In this document: one piece after another, positions 8,949-18,363 of the stretch | Position numbering within the stretch: position 1 is the first letter of the stretch | Layout: every line of letters starts with the position of its first letter | DNA from: Polyangiaceae bacterium | GTDB taxonomy: Bacteria; Myxococcota_A; Polyangia; Polyangiales; Polyangiaceae | Assembly: GCA_033763455.1 (NCBI GenBank) | Contig: JANRKO010000033.1 | Location: 160,001-224,000 of the forward strand | Direction: 5' to 3' | DNA: 64,000 bases | Notes under the pieces: model-generated | Seen by the model: only the letters and a program-made list of their open reading frames with translations | Database searches by the model: none | Told to the model about the DNA's origin: nothing | Translations under genes and position numbers: made by a program

Positions 8949-10151
8949 ATGTTAGACCTTCAACTACTCGCTCAAACCGCGGCCGTGGCGCCCGACCCCA
9001 AGCTGATTGCTCACGGCTTGTTTCTCTTGATGGTGGTGGCATTTCTTGCCCTTGACCTCGGCGTATTCCATCGCGATGCGCACGAGGTTTCAATGAAGGA
9101 GGCGCTCACCTGGTCTGTTATTTGGGTAACGTTGGGTCTTGCGTTTTCGCTAGTCGTCTATGCTGCCTATGAGGGTCAGTGGTTCAGCTTAGGCGCCAAC
9201 ACTGCGCTCTATAACCCCGCTGCCAACACGGACCCTGCGGCTCCGCTACTTATCACCGGCACCGTCAGTGGGTTTGAGGCCGCCAAGCAGTACCTCACGG
9301 GCTACGTGGTGGAAAAGTCCCTCGCGATGGACAACATCTTCGTAATCGCGATCCTCTTCGGGTATTTCGCCGTGCCGGCAAAGTACCAACACCGAGTGCT
9401 ATTCTGGGGTATTCTCGGGGCGCTCGTAATGCGCGGTGCGATGATCGCCGTCGGCGGTAGCTTGATTCTTCAGTACCAGTGGGTGCTCATTATCTTCGGC
9501 CTCTTCCTCTTGCTTACCGCAGTCAAGATGGTGTTCGCGGGTGAGGAGAAAGATCCCACCAACAATCCCGTTGTGCGGCTAATGAAGCGTATTTTTCCGG
9601 TCACCGAGTTTTACGACGGCCAACGTTTCATTACCAAGCGCACCCTCGCGCCCACTTACAGCCGCGATCCGAACACTGGCAAAGAAGTTCAAGACCCGCC
9701 TCCAGCTGGCACACTCAGAGCCCGCTGGGCCATCACGCCGCTGCTTTTGGTGCTTGTCTTGGTGGAGATCACCGACCTCGTCTTCGCGGTCGACAGCATT
9801 CCCGCCATCTTCGCGATAACTCCAGACCCGTTTATCGTCTTTACGAGCAACGTTTTCGCTATATTGGGCCTGCGTTCGCTCTATTTTTGCCTGGCGGCCT
9901 TGATTTCAAAGTTCCGCTTCTTGAAGCCTGCGCTCATCCTCATCTTGGCCTTCGTTGGCGTAAAGCTCCTGTTGCTTAGCGTCCCCCCATACCTCGACGA
10001 CATGGGTGCGATATTTGGAGTCGCCCTCGAAGCCGGTAGCGCCATCAAAGTGAGCACCACGCTGTCGCTCTCTGTTGTCCTAGGGTTGCTTGCGAGTGCC
10101 GTTATCGCTTCTATCCTTGCCCCATCACCCAAAGAGGCAAAGAGCAGCTAG
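8949..10151 (+). CDS. TerC/Alx-family metal homeostasis membrane protein
   Basis: LALDLG, GYVVEKSLAMDNIFV, QHRVLFWGILGAL, DLVFAVDSIPAIFAIT, FTSNVFAILGLRSLYF. Confidence 0.92.
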   Translation: MLDLQLLAQTAAVAPDPKLIAHGLFLLMVVAFLALDLGVFHRDAHEVSMKEALTWSVIWVTLGLAFSLVVYAAYEGQWFSLGANTALYNPAANTDPAAPLLITGTVSGFEAAKQYLTGYVVEKSLAMDNIFVIAILFGYFAVPAKYQHRVLFWGILGALVMRGAMIAVGGSLILQYQWVLIIFGLFLLLTAVKMVFAGEEKDPTNNPVVRLMKRIFPVTEFYDGQRFITKRTLAPTYSRDPNTGKEVQDPPPAGTLRARWAITPLLLVLVLVEITDLVFAVDSIPAIFAITPDPFIVFTSNVFAILGLRSLYFCLAALISKFRFLKPALILILAFVGVKLLLLSVPPYLDDMGAIFGVALEAGSAIKVSTTLSLSVVLGLLASAVIASILAPSPKEAKSS

Positions 10152-10190
10152 GCTGAAGGTCCCCACGTTGCGGCTAGCCGGGTTCCCCGG

Positions 10191-10397
10191 TTAGCCGGCT
10201 TCGCGGAAGTGGCACGGCTCACTTTTCCGAACTTGTTCCAATTCTTCGTCCAGAATTTCGGCGATGGTGCCCTCGCAGCCACCGCACCCGCCGCCCGCGC
10301 CACAGGTTCGTGTGACGCCCGCAGAAGTCCGTGCTCCCAACGATATGGCTCGTCGCACCTCACGATCATTCACGCCCAAGCAATGACAGACAATCAC
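10191..10397 (-). CDS. bfd: Bacterioferritin-associated [2Fe-2S] ferredoxin
   Basis: MIVCHCLGV...GAGGGCGGC (CxC...CxxC), 68 aa, divergent from bfr. Confidence 0.88.
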   Translation of the reverse strand: MIVCHCLGVNDREVRRAISLGARTSAGVTRTCGAGGGCGGCEGTIAEILDEELEQVRKSEPCHFREAG

Positions 10398-10416
10398 AGC
10401 GCTTGGAGTGTAGCTT

Positions 10417-10435
10417 ATTGAAAATGACTTTCAAT
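10417..10435. promoter_or_regulatory. Fur box (deltaproteobacterial type)
   Basis: ATTGAAAATGACTTTCAAT has perfect 7-bp arms and matches WTGAAAATNATTTTCAW. It lies 19 nt upstream of bfd, in the bfd/bfr divergent spacer. Confidence 0.8.
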
Positions 10436-10705
10436 ATCAATTTGTCGAGGCGAGTATAGATCGGATTTTACTGAATCATATTGAATGCTTAACCCATAGG
10501 GGAGCACCTCCCATGCCATGGTATCCAGGGGACGCAGGCCCACCAGCCTATTGGGCCTCCCCGCCGCCCTCCCCGCCTTCTGGGCTCGAGAACAGAGGAT
10601 CAGCAGCGTGAATCATTCGCGCTGCGCCCCACACAACTCCTACAAGAACGCGCGGTAACTTCTAGCTAGACTCGACTCCCACCTTTCAACCCGACGGACC
10701 ACCTC

Positions 10706-11176
10706 ATGCAAGGTAACGCCAAAGTCATCGAAACCCTGAACGAAGTTCTAACTTCCGAGTTAACGGCAATAAACCAATACTTCATTCACTTCAAGCTCTG
10801 TAAAAATTGGGGATATCCGCGCATCGCGCACAAGAAGCGAGAAGAATCCATCGAGGAGATGAAACACGCCGACGAAATCATCGAACGCATCCTATTTCTC
10901 GGTGGCATCCCCAACATGCAACGCATGAATCCCGTGCGCGTGGGTGAACGCCCAGATGAGCAACACCGGCTCGATCTTGCGCTTGAGGTGGAAGCGGTGG
11001 AGCGCCTCAATCGTGGCATCGAAGAAGCACGCTTGGCGGCGGACAACGGCACCCGAGCTCTCTTGGAAAAAATCCTCAGTAATGAAGAGGAATCTATTGA
11101 TTGGCTCGAAACACAGCTGCACTTGATCGGCGAGCTGGGCCTTGAACGCTACCTAGCGGAGCAAACGCACTCTTGA
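10706..11176 (+). CDS. bfr: Bacterioferritin
   Basis: ELTAINQY, EEMKHAD (heme Met52), RILFLGGIPN. E94 and E127 are present, but position 130 is Ser. Confidence 0.95.
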   Translation: MQGNAKVIETLNEVLTSELTAINQYFIHFKLCKNWGYPRIAHKKREESIEEMKHADEIIERILFLGGIPNMQRMNPVRVGERPDEQHRLDLALEVEAVERLNRGIEEARLAADNGTRALLEKILSNEEESIDWLETQLHLIGELGLERYLAEQTHS

Positions 11177-11210
11177 TTTCAAGGGCTAGGCCCGAAAGAG
11201 AGAGGTTCGC

Positions 11211-12515
11211 ATGAAGCTTCGGCGCAACGTCGTGGTGATTGGTGGGGGGTTCGGTGGCCTCGCATTGACGCGTGAGCTCGCCAAAATGCCCGTCCACGTA
11301 ACGCTTGTGGATCGGTCGAATCACCACCTCTTTCAGCCTCTGCTCTATCAGGTCGCAATGGCAGGCCTTTCTCCTGGGGAGATTGCAGTGCCCATTCGCT
11401 CGGTGCTGAGCAAGCAGGAGAACGCTCGTGTTCTTTTGGCCGAAGTCACCCACGTGGATCTGGAAGCGCGCCAGGTTCACACTCAACAAACCAAGCCGCT
11501 GCCGTACGACTATTTGGTAATAGCTACTGGGGCTCGCAATAGCTATTTTGGGAACGATACGTGGGCGCAGGCGGCACCCGGCCTGAAAGATCTGGATGAT
11601 GCCATAGAGATCAGGCGGCGTGTTCTCTTGGCTTTTGAGGCGGCCGAACTCGAAGCTGACCCCACGTTGCAGCAACGATACCTCACGTTTGTGGTGATCG
11701 GCGGTGGGCCCACAGGGGTGGAATTGGCGGGCGCAATAGCCGAGCTTGCTACGTTTGTTTTGGCCCGTGATTTTCGCTCCATTCATTCGGACAGAACTCG
11801 CGTGGTGCTTGTTGAAGGCGGCGAGCGCATATTGGGCAGCTTCGCCCCGGAGCTTTCGGTTCGCGCGCGGCAAAGTCTGGTCGACATGGGAGTGGAGGTG
11901 CGCTCAGGGCTGAGAGTCACAGCTATCGACGCGGGGGGTGTTTCATGTGGGGATGAGCGCATAGAAACTGCCACTGTGCTTTGGGCCGCAGGCGTTGCAG
12001 CCTCCCCCTTGTGTAAAAGCCTGGGGTTCGAAGTGGATCGCCAAGGAAGGGCCAAGGTTGAGCCTGATTGTTCGCTCCCTCAACTGTCCGAAGTCTTCGT
12101 GATTGGAGATGCCGCTTGCTTCATTCCGAAAGGCACCGCCATACCCCTACCCGGCGTAAGCCCCGTAGCTATGCAACAGGGCCGCTTCGTTGCACGGCAG
12201 ATCGCCCGCAGCTTAGAGGGAAAACCTCGCGAACAGTTCGAGTACCTGGATAAAGGCTCCATGGCCACCATCGGCCGTCGCCGCGCCGTCGCTCAACTCG
12301 GCAAGCTCAGGCTCTCAGGGTTTGTGGCCTGGCTTGCGTGGCTCTTCGTACACATCTTCTACCTCATCGACTTTCGCAATCGTCTCGTCGTGCTTTTGGA
12401 TTGGACATTCGCCTATTTTTCGTACCGACGCGGCTCGCGGCTGATAACTGGACGCCGATTGCAGGCCGGCGCACCTGAGGTCACCCACCCTAAGCCGGCC
12501 CCGTCGCACCTTTAG
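11211..12515 (+). CDS. ndh: Type II NADH dehydrogenase
   Basis: IGGGFGG, HLFQPLLYQVA, IGGGPTGVELAG, WAAGV, VFVIGD, DKGSMATIGR. Confidence 0.92.
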   Translation: MKLRRNVVVIGGGFGGLALTRELAKMPVHVTLVDRSNHHLFQPLLYQVAMAGLSPGEIAVPIRSVLSKQENARVLLAEVTHVDLEARQVHTQQTKPLPYDYLVIATGARNSYFGNDTWAQAAPGLKDLDDAIEIRRRVLLAFEAAELEADPTLQQRYLTFVVIGGGPTGVELAGAIAELATFVLARDFRSIHSDRTRVVLVEGGERILGSFAPELSVRARQSLVDMGVEVRSGLRVTAIDAGGVSCGDERIETATVLWAAGVAASPLCKSLGFEVDRQGRAKVEPDCSLPQLSEVFVIGDAACFIPKGTAIPLPGVSPVAMQQGRFVARQIARSLEGKPREQFEYLDKGSMATIGRRRAVAQLGKLRLSGFVAWLAWLFVHIFYLIDFRNRLVVLLDWTFAYFSYRRGSRLITGRRLQAGAPEVTHPKPAPSHL

Positions 12516-12547
12516 CCTTCTCGGCGCCCCCCCCGCCGATTGACGCC

Positions 12548-13861
12548 TCAGCGCTTCCCCACTTCGCGCTGAGCTTGATTCCAGGCGTCACGCTGCTTGG
12601 AGAGTGAATCCTTAAGTGAGCGCGCTTTCGCCTCTGCCTCCGCCGCCGCCGATACGTCGATGGAAAGCTCCCCGTTCCCAGCGAACTCGGACGTGACGTT
12701 CAAAGGAGTGGGGATCAGATCGAACTGGAGGAATGGACGCACCCGCGTTGCCGATCCATCAACAAGCACTAGCGTATCGGCGAGCACAGGCTCATCCGCT
12801 ACGCTCACGGGGCTTGAATCGCTGAGTGGTAAGACACGGTTGAAGAACCCAAAGGTGACCGGACCCGTCTCATCGGAGACAAGATAATAGTGAAGACTAC
12901 CGATGGTCACCCACGCGGGGCCGTGATTGGCAACTGTCATAGTCAAGCCCGAAGCGCTCGCGCACAGGTTTTTCGGAAGCACTTTGGTGCTCGCCTTCGC
13001 GGATGCAAGCGGCGTATCCATCTGCAATTCGACCTGCGCGAGAGAAGTAAACACATCGCCAACGACGGAAGTGATACCAAAAAAGTATCCCGTTTCGTTG
13101 GTCTGCAAACAGGTGGACGAATAAATCCCCGAAGTGCCTCCCACCGATCCCTCGACGTAGGTGACCGTTTCGGTGGCGAGAGCCACGCCGTTGCTGTTCT
13201 GTAGCGCGCTCGCCTTGGTGGAGTGAAAGCACGCTGTTCCGACTCCCGTGTACGTGATGGGAATGATCCACTGCACGTAGGTGCTGCCTACATAGGAACG
13301 AGTGGCATAACCTTGACCAAGCGTGTACGGCGGGAACGTGCCTGGGCTGAATTTGGCTGTAATTGGCTTGCGCAATTGGCTGTTGGGAGTTGTACCCGAC
13401 CCCAAGCTTAGCCCGCGAAATTCAGCCGAATTGCCGCCGAGCTCAACGGGAGGGCTGCCGGATACGCTGCCCACTACAGGCCCCTTGCAGTTGTACTCCG
13501 CGCCAAGATTCGGGATCGCCGGCGAATTCTGCACTCCGCCCGTGCCCACAGAACCACCGACATTCGAACCGCCCGGTCCGGAACCACCGCTCACCGAACC
13601 ACCAGCATTCGAACCGACTGCGGCCGAACCACCGCTCACCGAACCCCCAGCATTCGAGCCACCCGTTGAGACCGAGCCACCCGTCGTGGAATTGCCGGAA
13701 ACATTCGTAGCGGCGCCCCCGGAAGCCGCGCCGGCAGCCGCACTACCTGACCCCGTGGCGTGTTCCTTTCCCCCACATGCTGCAAGAAGAAGGGCAGCTG
13801 CAGTGAGTCCAACGAGCGACGAACGACGAGAATCAAGAGTTAAGCATTTTGAACGAGTCAT
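12548..13861 (-). CDS. Hypothetical lipoprotein with Gly/Ser-rich linker
   Basis: Lipobox LLAAC, GGSVSGGS repeats (45-bp period at about 13581/13626), beta-rich C-domain. Start uncertain. Confidence 0.65.
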   Translation of the reverse strand: MTRSKCLTLDSRRSSLVGLTAAALLLAACGGKEHATGSGSAAAGAASGGAATNVSGNSTTGGSVSTGGSNAGGSVSGGSAAVGSNAGGSVSGGSGPGGSNVGGSVGTGGVQNSPAIPNLGAEYNCKGPVVGSVSGSPPVELGGNSAEFRGLSLGSGTTPNSQLRKPITAKFSPGTFPPYTLGQGYATRSYVGSTYVQWIIPITYTGVGTACFHSTKASALQNSNGVALATETVTYVEGSVGGTSGIYSSTCLQTNETGYFFGITSVVGDVFTSLAQVELQMDTPLASAKASTKVLPKNLCASASGLTMTVANHGPAWVTIGSLHYYLVSDETGPVTFGFFNRVLPLSDSSPVSVADEPVLADTLVLVDGSATRVRPFLQFDLIPTPLNVTSEFAGNGELSIDVSAAAEAEAKARSLKDSLSKQRDAWNQAQREVGKR

Positions 13862-13967
13862 GCCGCGAGCAATAGCAAGGGCACACTGCGCACCACAATC
13901 AGGAGAAACCCTTGGTTTTGTCGAAATATCTAAAACCATGCACGCGCTTTCCCGCCTCAATGAAACT

Positions 13968-14639
13968 TCAGAAATACTTTTCCAAAAACACAGCCTCCTC
14001 CGTGGAGAGCGACGCCTCACCCGTGATCATCGCCACGGATGGCAAGAACCGCTGGTGCTCTCCGCTGAGCTCCCTAAACCCATGCCGCGCGTAGAACGCC
14101 GGATTCACCTCGCAAAAGAGCATAAAGCGAACGCTCTCCTCTTGAAAACGCAGGAGCTCCATTACCGCACGCACCAAGCGCGACGCGTGCCCGCAGCCAC
14201 GATGTTCAGGCGTCGTGGCAACCGATGCAATACCAACTAACCCCTGTCGAAAACGCAAAGTATTGAGCGAGGAAAGTGGAGTACCGTTCAAGTCTTCAAG
14301 TAAGTATCGAGTCCCACGCTGGTGATTCAAGCTCTGCTCGTAACTTGCAACAAACTCATCAAGGGTCCGCCCCTCGCTCCAGGCATCGTAACCAAAACGC
14401 AACACGGTGGCATTATCTTCTGGTTGGACGACACGCACATGCGCGATCGGCGCGAAACGTTCACCACCATCGTCCAACCGCCCCTCAAACATCGCCTGCG
14501 GGCGCACCCAATTGCCAGAGGGTGGGTCGCCGTACAAGCAGCGGTACACCACCAGCTGTGACGTATCTTCGGAGTGAACTGCGACGCCAAGTCGCAGGTA
14601 GTCTCGGCCCTTATAGTGGCGATACAGCGTCCAGCTCAT
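13968..14639 (-). CDS. DUF1653 - GNAT acetyltransferase fusion
   Basis: N-terminal YRHYKG.DY...AVHSE...VVYRCLY...WVRP..MF. C-terminal IASVATTPEHRGCGHAS and FYARHGF. Confidence 0.82.
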   Translation of the reverse strand: MSWTLYRHYKGRDYLRLGVAVHSEDTSQLVVYRCLYGDPPSGNWVRPQAMFEGRLDDGGERFAPIAHVRVVQPEDNATVLRFGYDAWSEGRTLDEFVASYEQSLNHQRGTRYLLEDLNGTPLSSLNTLRFRQGLVGIASVATTPEHRGCGHASRLVRAVMELLRFQEESVRFMLFCEVNPAFYARHGFRELSGEHQRFLPSVAMITGEASLSTEEAVFLEKYF

Positions 14640-14727
14640 GGGGCAATTAGGTCTCTGATTTCGCTTCGAAGGCAAGGGGCGGGGGAAATCGTTGACTTAG
14701 GGTCAGCCCGAGCCACACGCTCTCTGC

Positions 14728-15234
14728 ATGAGCGAACCACGCCGCCACCCAAACGTGATCAACCGGGATGAGGTCCCCGCAATGCCCCTCAACAAGGGCA
14801 AACATCAGATGAAGCTACAGCGGCTTGGTGCTGCGGCGGGCGGCTCAATGTTGGGCGCCAATCTCACCGAAGTTGCCCCCGGCGGCATCAGCTTTCCGTT
14901 CCATTACCACTGCGCCACCGAAGAAGCGCTGTACGTAATTCGAGGTTCAGGAACCGCGCGCATCGGCGCCGAACGAATCGCCGTGCGCGAAGGGGATTAC
15001 CTAGCTTTCCCGCCAGGTGCGGACCACCCCCACCAGATGATCAACGATGGGCAGGAATCGCTCGTCTATCTCTGTGTTTCGGCCTCAGTGCAGAAAGTCG
15101 ACGTTGTGGGCTACCCCGATTCTAAGAAGGTAGCCGCCACTGCCGGCGCGTTCGAAAAACCCATCCACCGCTTCATCGCTCGCCAAGGCGACACCCTGGA
15201 CTATTGGGAAGGCGAACCCGGCGCTACGGAGTGA
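14728..15234 (+). CDS. Cupin domain protein
   Basis: LGAAAG, PGG.SFPFHYHCATEEALYV, AFPPG..HPHQMIN, YPDSKK, DYWEGE. Confidence 0.88.
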   Translation: MSEPRRHPNVINRDEVPAMPLNKGKHQMKLQRLGAAAGGSMLGANLTEVAPGGISFPFHYHCATEEALYVIRGSGTARIGAERIAVREGDYLAFPPGADHPHQMINDGQESLVYLCVSASVQKVDVVGYPDSKKVAATAGAFEKPIHRFIARQGDTLDYWEGEPGATE

Positions 15235-15400
15235 GGCTCACCCCTTAACGCACAGCACTTGCTTGAGCGTGTGCACCACATCAACGAGATCACGATCACA
15301 CTGCCGACTGTGGCACGATTCGGCATGAATTACCCGTCCGGATCCCTGTCCCGGAAGCCTTAGGGTAGTTGGCGGGGAGCTGATTTGGTAGGGAGCCGCC

Positions 15401-16003
15401 ATGAAGGAAATGTTCCGAGCGCCACCCGAGCAACGGCGGCTTGTTGGCTTGTTGCTCGGCGCCCTTGCGCTTGGAAGCTGTACTCGCTTCGAGCAAGTAA
15501 GGGATGTCAATTGGTTGGGCGACGATGAGCGCGTGGTCGTGGGGGAACTCTTGATTGAGGGCACAGGCCCGGTGCGCGGCGCGCTCCTTTTCGCTAGCGA
15601 GGAGGATTACGAAACTGGAAAGTCGGCGTATCGCCTCAACGGCTTGGATCCCGCCGTGGTGCAGTATGGAGGGATCTTCAGTGTTCGAGCCGGTGGCGAA
15701 GCTTTCTACATGGTGGGGCTGGGTAGCGACCGAGCATCGCTGACTCGAGTGCCTAGGTCGGGGGGAGATCAAGGCTCGGTGAGTTTGCGTATCCCACCAG
15801 GCATCGGCTCTTGCGAGTACGTGGGCACGATTCGACTGAAGCAGTTGGCGGCGGTGATCAGCCCTACGACCCCGTACCAATCCGTAACACACTACGAAGT
15901 CGATCTAGTCGATAACTTCGAGTTTGGAAGCACTCGCATTCAGCGTGGCATCGCAAACTGCCACCTTGTTTCAAACGTTGGTTCCTTGGTGAAGAACCGA
16001 TGA
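15401..16003 (+). CDS. Hypothetical lipoprotein
   Basis: GGAG RBS, lipobox LALGSC, ATGA overlap with the next gene. Confidence 0.6.
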   Translation: MKEMFRAPPEQRRLVGLLLGALALGSCTRFEQVRDVNWLGDDERVVVGELLIEGTGPVRGALLFASEEDYETGKSAYRLNGLDPAVVQYGGIFSVRAGGEAFYMVGLGSDRASLTRVPRSGGDQGSVSLRIPPGIGSCEYVGTIRLKQLAAVISPTTPYQSVTHYEVDLVDNFEFGSTRIQRGIANCHLVSNVGSLVKNR

Positions 16004-16908
16004 GCAAAAGAACTTGGCGAGCACTGGCGTGTAGCGTGTTGGTCATTGCCCTGTGGGATCGGCGTGCCCGAGCCGAATCGGAAGCAGAACCCAGCACTTC
16101 CGCGAGCTCGCAGCCGAGCGAATCGACCCCACCCGTTCCCGTGCCGCCATTAGATGACACGGGGTGGGATGTGGGCTGGGAAAACATCCTAGGGGATGAA
16201 AAGCCCCAGAAGGCCAACCCCGACGCCAAGGATGAGTCGAGGCCCGAGAAGCCTAAAGAGGCGCGACAAGTTCAGGTCCGAGAGGCGCCAGAGGGTGGTG
16301 CAGTCAAGGCCCCCAATGACCTTGGCCCCATCCCCACCACGCTCACCCCCGTCGAGTATGTTCGCGGTCCACGAGCTCACGACGGTTTTTACCTAGGAGT
16401 AGGCTACGGCGTCGGTTTGTTCGATATGTCCGTCCAGGCGGGCAGGTTAAATGGCTTCTACCTATCGGGTGTAATGAAACCGTTGGAGTTGCGTATAGGA
16501 GCCACCACCCTGCCGGGATTGGTTATAGGCGCAAGTTACCTGCAGGGAAGCGTCGTCGAGCCAGAGAAACTCTCCTCCGAAGAGCGGACCCTACCTAGCC
16601 CAAAGGAGGTGAATCTCACAGGGTTTGGCTTCTTCTTGGACTTCTACCCCTGGGTAGATAAGGGGCTACACGTCAGCACCACGTTGCGTTACTGCGCGAC
16701 GGACGTGAAGGGAGATGAGGGGGATGCCGACGGTTGGGCCTATGGAGCGGGCGTTGGCTACTCGACGTGGGTCTCCAGCCAATGGAGCCTTGGTCTAGAG
16801 CTGCAAGGCGGGCGCGGCAGCTTCACGCGTACACGCGATAACTTGGACGACACAACGGAAGTAACAACGGCCCTATGGTCTCTAGCCGCCACCGCAAGCT
16901 ATCACTGA
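16000..16908 (+). CDS. Outer-membrane beta-barrel protein
   Basis: Signal peptide, Pro/Glu-rich spacer, HDGFYL, alternating beta strands, C-terminal ATASYH. Confidence 0.7.
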   Translation: MSKRTWRALACSVLVIALWDRRARAESEAEPSTSASSQPSESTPPVPVPPLDDTGWDVGWENILGDEKPQKANPDAKDESRPEKPKEARQVQVREAPEGGAVKAPNDLGPIPTTLTPVEYVRGPRAHDGFYLGVGYGVGLFDMSVQAGRLNGFYLSGVMKPLELRIGATTLPGLVIGASYLQGSVVEPEKLSSEERTLPSPKEVNLTGFGFFLDFYPWVDKGLHVSTTLRYCATDVKGDEGDADGWAYGAGVGYSTWVSSQWSLGLELQGGRGSFTRTRDNLDDTTEVTTALWSLAATASYH

Positions 16909-16920
16909 AAGAGCGTTCCC

Positions 16921-18363
16921 TTGCCACTGCTTCTATCACAACAAAAATTCCTGCGCTTCGCCCGAAGGGTTTTGCACCCTAGCTCACTGCTCTGTTGGCT
17001 GTTGCCACTAACGCTAAGTGCCTGCGGGGCGAGCTTGCAGGCTCAGGCGGCAAAAGACTTCGGTTGTACCGAGCGCGTGAGCACCCAAACTATCAATTCA
17101 CACGTCCAATTGGTCAAAGGCTGCGGGCGCGAAGTTTATTACCATTCCACCCAATGCGGCTTCCTTAGCTCTTGCCCTTGGCGGAGTGAACTTACACTCT
17201 TGGGGGACACGGCGCGACAGTTGCTCATGTGCAACGGCCTTCTCCGGATGAAGCCTCAATCGGATAGCCTGGTCGAAGTTTCGGGCTGCGGCAGAAAGCA
17301 AGTGGTGCGGCGGGTTATCACGACGCGTGGCCTCAGTTTCGATACAGACTTGAATGACGCCCAGCCTGAAGGGCCGCAGGCTAGAGTGGCCCGCAGCAAC
17401 GCCGTACTCAACCCGCAACAGATCTTCGCAAGGTCACTCGCGTCCATCGTCCGAATCTCGACTCCTTCTGGGCAGGGTTCAGGCTTTGTCGTGGGCGCAT
17501 CTGGCCTGGTTGTCACGAGCTTGCACGTCGTAGCGGGCGAATCCGAAGTGAAGGTGGAATCGATGAGGGGAGACGAATGGCCAGTGGTGAGAATTGAAGG
17601 TTACAACCGTGATGCCGATCTGGTCGTGATTCGAACGCACGGAGAGGCGCCGGCCCTGCCGATCTCTCAAGGGCCTTACCCACCTCAGGGATCCAACATC
17701 GTAGCGATTGGCCACCCGCTGGGCCTTCAGGCAACCTTGAGCAACGGACTGATAAGTGGCGTTCGATCTTGGAAGGATGAAGTGGATGTGCTTCAGATCT
17801 CCGCGCCGATCTCACCGGGCTCGTCTGGAGGTCCAATCTTCAACGATCGTGGGGAAGTGATTGGGCTCGCTACGTTTATCTTAAAGGGCGGAGAAGGCTT
17901 GGGCTTCGCCATCCCGATTCGCTACCTCCAAGCCCTGGCAACGCACCTGAATCCAATGCCACTCAAGCAATTTGCGGCTGAGACGGTGCGCGAAGCAGAT
18001 CCGGATGAAGTTCAGCTTCCCCCGACCGTATTGGACAAGTGCCCAGCAGAAGAGCTAGCCTCAGTGTTGAAGAAGGTGGAAGGGGCACTGTCGGCGGCCG
18101 ACCCCCTGCGGGACGATAGGAACTATCAAGCAGTATATTACGTGCTGCAAGGTGCCATCGAAGAGATCACCCAGAAGCACAGCACCAAGTGTACCGAGCT
18201 TGGCACTTTCCTTGCGCGCAAGAAGAAGCAAGCGGACGACCTAGACAGCCACCTCGAGAAGGCGCTGGTGCTCGGCGTCGCCATGGAAAGCCTGCAAAGC
18301 GATCTTCGGCGCCGCACGCACGAAAAAGAAGCCGACGGCAAAGACAAGCCTAAAGCACCGTAG
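16921..18363 (+). CDS. Trypsin-like (S1C) serine protease lipoprotein
   Basis: Lipobox LSAC, duplicated Cys module (..V.GCGR), GSGFVV, SLHVV, DL, ISPGSSGGP. Confidence 0.85.
   Translation: MPLLLSQQKFLRFARRVLHPSSLLCWLLPLTLSACGASLQAQAAKDFGCTERVSTQTINSHVQLVKGCGREVYYHSTQCGFLSSCPWRSELTLLGDTARQLLMCNGLLRMKPQSDSLVEVSGCGRKQVVRRVITTRGLSFDTDLNDAQPEGPQARVARSNAVLNPQQIFARSLASIVRISTPSGQGSGFVVGASGLVVTSLHVVAGESEVKVESMRGDEWPVVRIEGYNRDADLVVIRTHGEAPALPISQGPYPPQGSNIVAIGHPLGLQATLSNGLISGVRSWKDEVDVLQISAPISPGSSGGPIFNDRGEVIGLATFILKGGEGLGFAIPIRYLQALATHLNPMPLKQFAAETVREADPDEVQLPPTVLDKCPAEELASVLKKVEGALSAADPLRDDRNYQAVYYVLQGAIEEITQKHSTKCTELGTFLARKKKQADDLDSHLEKALVLGVAMESLQSDLRRRTHEKEADGKDKPKAP

Noticed and set aside
8930..8949. 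yybP-ykoY riboswitch before TerC
   Set aside because: The spacer is only 18 nt.
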